This document shows positions 58,483-64,000 of a stretch of DNA of 64,000 bases, piece by piece. A program made the position numbers and the translations under genes. The notes beneath the pieces are model-generated. The model had not been told where the DNA came from, did no database searches, and worked only from the letters and a program-made list of their open reading frames with translations. Position 1 is the stretch's first letter; every line of letters starts with the position of its first letter. The stretch is from Leptospiraceae bacterium (GTDB lineage Bacteria; Spirochaetota; Leptospiria; Leptospirales; Leptonemataceae): contig JAVJNR010000008.1 of the NCBI GenBank assembly GCA_040217195.1, positions 352,001-416,000 on the forward strand, in the 5' to 3' direction.

Positions 58483-58899
58483 CTATTCGGAGCTAACGCC
58501 TGGTCCGTTTCCCGAGCCGGGACGACCTTCCGAATCCCTTCGGCCCAGCAGTAGATTCAGGCTGGATTCTACGATAGTAGTACCTGATTTGGTCATGGCT
58601 CGCACCGTATCTTCTACCATTTGCCCCGATAGAGCATCTGTGATGGCTTCTCGAAAACCGGAGCGCACCTCTTCTTTGAACCGTGGCAGCATGGATTCTC
58701 CAGCTTCTTCCACTCCGTCTTTCAGTCGTTGCTTGACTATTTCTGCGTACTCATCCAGCTCTTCTTCCAGCTTGGCCGCAACCCTGGACCTGTAATAGTA
58801 GTAAAAAACCAGACCAGTCAGGATAGCACTTAGAACAGCTGTAAACAGAGAGGCAGCCAGTACAACCAGATAAAATTCAAGACCCAGCGAGGCATTCAT
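58483..58899 (-). CDS. Hypothetical membrane-anchored helical protein
   Basis: N-terminal TM helix, coiled-coil-like body, ATGA coupling to the upstream helicase. Confidence 0.65.
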   Translation of the reverse strand: MNASLGLEFYLVVLAASLFTAVLSAILTGLVFYYYYRSRVAAKLEEELDEYAEIVKQRLKDGVEEAGESMLPRFKEEVRSGFREAITDALSGQMVEDTVRAMTKSGTTIVESSLNLLLGRRDSEGRPGSGNGPGVSSE

Positions 58900-60980
58900 A
58901 GACTGACTTTCAGATTATTTCGAAGATCGGTCAACCATTCTTCCATTTCATCCTTCTTTCGTTCCGCCATCTGACTTACGCTGTGATCTTCCCGATCCAG
59001 CAGTTCCTCCGGGATTTCATCCAGGAATCGGGAAGGTTCCTTTTCTTCCGTTTCGCCGAACCTTCTGCGAGTGCGGCTTGCGGTCAAAAAAAGCTTCTTC
59101 ATGGCCCGGGTTATGCCTACATAGCAAAGTCGTCGCTCCTCTTCCAGAGCTGCTTCCGGATTATCAGATTCCGAAATGGAACGCTCGCCCGGAAAAATTC
59201 CCTCCATCATTCCGGTTAGAAATACAGTGGGAAACTCCAGGCCTTTGGAAAGATGCAACGTCAATAGCTGAACTCTGCCTCGGGGATTGTCATCGTCCTC
59301 ATCGCTGGCCTGTAGACTAATTCTGGCCAGAAAGTCAAAAAGACCCGGCGGATTGGGATCCTCCCAGTTGCCTTCAAAGAAGGCCAGCATGTTGGTTAAT
59401 TCTGAAAGGTTGAGCATCCTGGCCCGTACTGCATTTTCATCGGAACCTTCGCGCATGAATTCATGCTCCCAGTTCAATTCCTGAATCATGGTAGAAAGAA
59501 CCGGAGCCAGCTTACGGGCGCGGGAAAACTCCTTTTTGTATTTCTCTATGAATTCCACAAATTCATAGATTGCGCTTACCTGTTTGGATGGAATCCCCGG
59601 AATTAATCCAGGTGTGGAACCGATTCTTTCCAGAGCATGGAAGAAATCCGGCCTTTTCATACCATTTAATTCTGCCTCTTCAGCCATGGTTTGCAAGAAG
59701 GCCCCAATTTTCTGAACACTTCCTTCTCCAATACCTCGACGAGGACGATTCAGGATTCGCAGTAATGATATTTCATCGCTTCGATTGGCTATAACGCGCA
59801 GGTAGGCAAGAAGATCCTTCACTTCCTTGCGATCAAAGAATTTATAGCCTCCCACAACATGATGAGGAATCTGCAGCTTTCTCAGTTCCTGCTCAAAGGC
59901 CCTGGACTGAAAATTGGTTCGATAAAGTATTGCAAAGTCTCCTGGATTCTGAGCAGCATGAATGATGCGATTCTGAATAATATCTGCCACCATCATGGCT
60001 TCCTGTTCTTCATCCTCTGCCATAATCAGAGAGATCTGTTCTCCTTCTTCGCCTGTGGCACGTAGTATTTTCTGAACTCTCTTCGAATTATTCGCAATCA
60101 CTGCATTGGCAGCAGAAAGTATCCTGGAAGAGGATCGATAGTTATGCTCCAGTCTGACAATTTTAGCATCCGGAAAATCGGTCTGAAAGTTCTGTATGAT
60201 TCCGACATCTGCACCGCGCCAGCCATAGATGGACTGATCATCGTCGCCTACTACGCAGAGATTCTTTTCATCACCAACCAGAGATAGTAGCAGTTCGTAC
60301 TGAGTGGGATTCGTATCCTGAAATTCATCGATCATGAAATAGCGAAATCGACGACGATATTTCTCCAGAACCTCTGGGTACTTTTTGAATATCCTGGCCG
60401 GCAGCAGAATTAGATCATCAAAATCTACCGCATTCAAAGATTTCAAACTTGCATGATATCTTTCGTATACATCGCAAAAGAAACCGGCAGAAACAGGCAG
60501 GCTTCGACTGTTGGCCCAGTCTTCATGATGCATGTTGGAGTTCTTGCAGAGTGAAACCATAAAGGGCATGGAATCCTCTTTCACCTGATCCGGGTCCAGT
60601 TTCAGATCTCGGTAGATGCTTGCATAGAGTTGAAGCCCATCATCCGAATCTAGAATGGAGAATGGATCCCTGTAGCCAAGAATTCGAATTTCTTTTTGAA
60701 GTATACGGTTACCAAGTGCATGGAAGGTGGAAAGCACCATGCCTCGCAGTGCTTTGCTTCCGGCCATCCTCTGAAGTCGGTGCTTCATTTCTTTGGCGCT
60801 CTTATTTGTAAAAGATACAGCCACGATGCAGGACGAAGCTATCCCTTGCTGCAGCATGTACTGAATTCGATGGGTGATGACTCGCGTCTTGCCGCTACCG
60901 GCCCCGGCAAATATAAGCAGGGGCCCGCGGACATGATGCACAGCTTCAGCCTGATGGGGGTTCAGCCGGGGACCGGACAC
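58896..60980 (-). CDS. SF1 DNA helicase, UvrD/Rep/PcrA family
   Basis: AGAGSGKT, FTNKSA, DEFQDTN, VGDDDQSIYGWRGA, NYRS, TLHLSKGLEF and EERRLCYVGITRA. Confidence 0.95.
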   Translation of the reverse strand: MSGPRLNPHQAEAVHHVRGPLLIFAGAGSGKTRVITHRIQYMLQQGIASSCIVAVSFTNKSAKEMKHRLQRMAGSKALRGMVLSTFHALGNRILQKEIRILGYRDPFSILDSDDGLQLYASIYRDLKLDPDQVKEDSMPFMVSLCKNSNMHHEDWANSRSLPVSAGFFCDVYERYHASLKSLNAVDFDDLILLPARIFKKYPEVLEKYRRRFRYFMIDEFQDTNPTQYELLLSLVGDEKNLCVVGDDDQSIYGWRGADVGIIQNFQTDFPDAKIVRLEHNYRSSSRILSAANAVIANNSKRVQKILRATGEEGEQISLIMAEDEEQEAMMVADIIQNRIIHAAQNPGDFAILYRTNFQSRAFEQELRKLQIPHHVVGGYKFFDRKEVKDLLAYLRVIANRSDEISLLRILNRPRRGIGEGSVQKIGAFLQTMAEEAELNGMKRPDFFHALERIGSTPGLIPGIPSKQVSAIYEFVEFIEKYKKEFSRARKLAPVLSTMIQELNWEHEFMREGSDENAVRARMLNLSELTNMLAFFEGNWEDPNPPGLFDFLARISLQASDEDDDNPRGRVQLLTLHLSKGLEFPTVFLTGMMEGIFPGERSISESDNPEAALEEERRLCYVGITRAMKKLFLTASRTRRRFGETEEKEPSRFLDEIPEELLDREDHSVSQMAERKKDEMEEWLTDLRNNLKVSL

Positions 60981-61146
60981 AAATATCAGGTGACATAATC
61001 GACCGCTACTCAGTCAATAGAGAAATCCTCAATCACCAGAAAAGAATGACAGAGAACGGAAATGAATCGGTCTGGGGCCCTGGCCGTGCACAGAATCCAA
61101 TTTGTCCACAAATTGTGGCCGACCAGTCCTGAAGTAAGAGCCATCC

Positions 61147-62454
61147 ATGACTGAATCCTTTATTAAGAAATTCCTGGCGGAGCAGGGAGGCCATAGAATT
61201 GGTTTGCTTGCCAATCAGACCGCTTACAGCCTGCAGGACCGAGCCTATACCTTTCAATTACTGGCCCGTCATTGTGACAGCCTTCGCATTTTTCTACCAG
61301 AACATGGACTGTTTGCAGAATTGCAGGATCAGATAGGCCTGGAAGAAACCAGCGCCTATGCCGCATTTCTGGGATCGGAGGAAAATTCCCGGACGGAATT
61401 TCTTTCTCTCTACGGATTCAAAGAGAAAAGTCTTAAACCGCAATCCAGCCGGCTTTCGGACCTGGACTGGCTCATTGTGGATCTCCAGGATGTGGGAAGT
61501 AGATACTACACATTTCTGACCACCATGTTCTACTGCCTGCAGGTAATTCAGGAGTTGCGTGGAGATGGCTCGCATTTACGTTGCCTGGTTCTGGATCGGC
61601 CCAACCCATTGGGTCGGATTGTTGAAGGAAGCATACTGGATCAGGAATATGAAAGCTTTGTAGGTCTACCTGGAGTGATCCACCGGCATGGACTGAGTAC
61701 CGGTGAAATGGCACGGTTGTTCTGTAAATGGCTTGGTATGGATCCGGCAGCTGTATTGGTCCAAACCTGGGGTACAGCCATTTCGGATGGGCATCCGCCG
61801 GCTTCTAATCTAGAATCCCAGTATCTAGATGGGACCTCTGATGGCATTGATTCCAGAAATGAATTCCTGATCTATCCTTCGCCAAATATGCCCACGTTGA
61901 ACACAGCAATGGTGTATCCAGGACAATGTCTTCTGGAGGGCACCAACCTGAGCGAAGGTCGCGGATGCACTCGACCATTTGAAATCTTTGGCGCTCCTTT
62001 CCTGGGCCCTTTGGTGGAACAGGCCCCACTATTTGTTCCAGGGGCCACACTCAGACCTTTGCGATTCATGCCCACATTTCATAAACATGCAGACCTTATA
62101 TGCGAAGGGTTTCAATTGCATATTACCGGGCCTGAATTCGCACCACTTTTTGCCACTCTTAGAATTCTGCGCTGGATTCGATCCCATATTCAAGAATTCC
62201 AGTGGAAAACTGAGGTTTATGAATTTCGGTCCGATAGACCGGCCATAGAGCTTCTGGCCGGCGATCCCTGGATGCTGGAATATTTGAGAAATAGCCCGGC
62301 TCCGTCACAAAATGAGCTGGATAACCATGACGAGACTCTGCTACAGCATATGTCTGTGCAGGAAGCAAAATGGATGCAGCAGACGGCCTATCTATGGGCA
62401 GACCAGACGCCGCTACATTCTAGCTCGGCCAGGATTCTGCAGAAATTCATCTAG
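61147..62454 (+). CDS. namZ: Exo-beta-N-acetylmuramidase NamZ family (DUF1343)
   Basis: LANQT, PEHG, SLYG, DLQDVGSRYYTF, LDRPNP, PSPNMP and SEGRG.T.PFE. Confidence 0.88.
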   Translation: MTESFIKKFLAEQGGHRIGLLANQTAYSLQDRAYTFQLLARHCDSLRIFLPEHGLFAELQDQIGLEETSAYAAFLGSEENSRTEFLSLYGFKEKSLKPQSSRLSDLDWLIVDLQDVGSRYYTFLTTMFYCLQVIQELRGDGSHLRCLVLDRPNPLGRIVEGSILDQEYESFVGLPGVIHRHGLSTGEMARLFCKWLGMDPAAVLVQTWGTAISDGHPPASNLESQYLDGTSDGIDSRNEFLIYPSPNMPTLNTAMVYPGQCLLEGTNLSEGRGCTRPFEIFGAPFLGPLVEQAPLFVPGATLRPLRFMPTFHKHADLICEGFQLHITGPEFAPLFATLRILRWIRSHIQEFQWKTEVYEFRSDRPAIELLAGDPWMLEYLRNSPAPSQNELDNHDETLLQHMSVQEAKWMQQTAYLWADQTPLHSSSARILQKFI

Positions 62455-62477
62455 AAGAGTCCGCCATATCGTTGAAT

Positions 62478-63548
62478 TTATTCGAATCCGGAACCAGACC
62501 AGCGAAACCAGAAGGAATCGTTGCAGAACCTCAGTTTACTCTGTAGTTCTGATTCTTCTGGAATGTCCTGGCAGAATTCCTTTCTTCGATTGATATGACT
62601 GCTCTGAAGTCTTTCTTCCTCTTCGCCCAGCTGCTCAAAGAAAGACTGCCTTTCCGAAAGGTATCTGGATCGGTGTGATTCCCATTCCGGGCTTTCTTTT
62701 AAGGATTTCCATTGTTCATGACTGATCCTTTTCTTTTCAAAGCTAAAGCTTCTGGCCGGCAACCCCTGCAAACGGAAGCTCAATTCGCAGTTAGAGTTGA
62801 TGGGCAAAGAATGAAAGGGCAAAAACAAAATCATATCCGAACCCGGGTCCAGTGTGATAGCTTTGCGCAGCTCCTGCAGGAAATCCAATTCTTGTTTTCG
62901 CAGGGATTCCTTCTCCATGGCCGAAAGAAGATATTCATCCCTGAGCTCAAAACTTCCTGGATCCTGGCGAAAGAAAAATGGACTCCTGGTTGGAATCATA
63001 TGCCATGCATAGGATAACCAGATGTGCGAAAGACCGGCATACTGTTCCAGATACAACTCAGGCTCTAAAGGCTCTCTGATTTTCCCATCGCATTCAATGA
63101 CTGTAGAGTAGGGGTTCACGCTAATCGTGGAGGAACTGCTATTTTTGACTCGAATCTCCAGTAGCATCAGATCAGGCATGCGACCGGCTTCGCCCTGGCC
63201 TCGACTGTTCCGATAAAGATTTCTGGCCATGGTGGCATCTACAATTGTAGCAAACAATTCAATGGAGGGCTGACCGGACTTCCCTTGCTCCGGGCTCCTG
63301 AGATAGAACCTTAAAGAAGAACCGCTACCATCCGAGATGATGGCCGGCAAATGGCTATGGTCCATCTCACTGCCACTCGTATGGTCTGCATCCAGCTTCC
63401 TGGGCTCTGGCAAATTTTCGGCTCCAGGAACCAGGCTGGTATTCGGCAATACATAGACGTAATGCAATTCTTCGAATACCTGGCAACCTCCCAGGCCGAA
63501 CATAAGAATTACAGCGAAGGCCAGAGCCAGCCGAATGATAGTTCGCAT
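62478..63548 (-). CDS. Hypothetical lipoprotein
   Basis: MRTIIRLALAFAVILMFGLGG|C lipobox; long ORF with no competing gene. Confidence 0.65.
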   Translation of the reverse strand: MRTIIRLALAFAVILMFGLGGCQVFEELHYVYVLPNTSLVPGAENLPEPRKLDADHTSGSEMDHSHLPAIISDGSGSSLRFYLRSPEQGKSGQPSIELFATIVDATMARNLYRNSRGQGEAGRMPDLMLLEIRVKNSSSSTISVNPYSTVIECDGKIREPLEPELYLEQYAGLSHIWLSYAWHMIPTRSPFFFRQDPGSFELRDEYLLSAMEKESLRKQELDFLQELRKAITLDPGSDMILFLPFHSLPINSNCELSFRLQGLPARSFSFEKKRISHEQWKSLKESPEWESHRSRYLSERQSFFEQLGEEEERLQSSHINRRKEFCQDIPEESELQSKLRFCNDSFWFRWSGSGFE

Positions 63549-63688
63549 TGCTTTTCCGGGCTTTTGGATTGGCGCTATCATAAGGTTCTTCCATCGTTCG
63601 TTGGCTGGAGGTTTCTGCGGCCGTCTGATACGCAAACGAATACCAGTCCTGCGGCAAGCGCGTTGGAAGGCCCAATCTGAATCAAGTT

Positions 63689-64000
63689 CTACTCATGGTC
63701 AATGCTCTTAAATCCTTTGATAAAAAGATACATTGCCAGGGTTACCTCTAGAATTGCTGTAGGAGCATTCATGACCATGTAAGCAGTAGAGACAATCTGG
63801 ATCATGTTTAGCATCAGTAATACGGTAGCCAGGACGGTCAAACCCGAGGCGATCAATCCCCATATGGAAAGCCAGACCGGAATGAGTTCGCTTTGTAGAA
63901 ACAGGTAGTATAGAAAAATTCCCCCAATACTCCAGGGAAGAATCATAGCCACATGGTTTAACCAGTCTCTACCGGCCCTCAATATCTGCCCCAGGGTTTC
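63689..64000 (-). CDS. DUF4386-like membrane protein (C-terminal part; 5' end outside window)
   Basis: F.S.LIP.WLSIWGLI and P....EV.LA.YLFIKGF pattern; frame open to the window edge. Confidence 0.7.
   Translation of the reverse strand, partial: ETLGQILRAGRDWLNHVAMILPWSIGGIFLYYLFLQSELIPVWLSIWGLIASGLTVLATVLLMLNMIQIVSTAYMVMNAPTAILEVTLAMYLFIKGFKSIDHE

Noticed and set aside
58483..60980. UvrD helicase plus small coupled gene as an anti-phage system
   Set aside because: The helicase looks like a housekeeping Rep/PcrA type, the partner has no nuclease or ATPase motifs, and there is no defence-island context.

Overview
This 64-kb window is gene-dense chromosomal backbone from a spirochete, most likely a member of the Leptospiraceae. 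That assignment is inferred from FcpA-like and OmpL37-like proteins, spirochete-style lipoboxes and a Leptospira-like gene order. From left to right it contains: the 3' end of a DinG-family helicase; split ADP-heptose genes (kinase, adenylyltransferase); an inserted 4-gene lipid/sterol cassette (HSL esterase, cholesterol-oxidase-like GMC enzyme, FMO, TetR); pyrG-kdsA-lptC-lptA-lptB-rpoN-hpf-hprK-ptsH; an NtrY/NtrX-like pair; a degenerate UDG-like gene; priA-fmt-PASTA-rpe; rpsP-khpA-rimM-trmD-rplS-rnhB; a FliK/YlqG-like gene plus a stand-alone FlhB-C gene missed by the ORF track; HD-GYP; yraN; comM; a type II secretion operon (lipoprotein, M23 peptidase, gspC-J) that stops before gspK; an FcpA-like flagellar protein; lysA; pbpC plus alpha-2-macroglobulin; an OmpL37-like protein; a UvrD/Rep helicase; and namZ. 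I found no tRNA, rRNA, CRISPR array, transposase, integrase or phage genes. No new multi-gene system is proven. The best leads are the FcpA-like gene with a sigma28-like promoter, a densely structured 290-nt spacer with a 19-bp tandem duplication, the FlhB-C gene lacking a canonical start codon, a catalytically degenerate Fe-S UDG homolog beside priA, a recurring leaderless-promoter architecture, and the truncated T2SS transcribed divergently from comM. All family assignments come from motif recognition by eye; no database searches were run.
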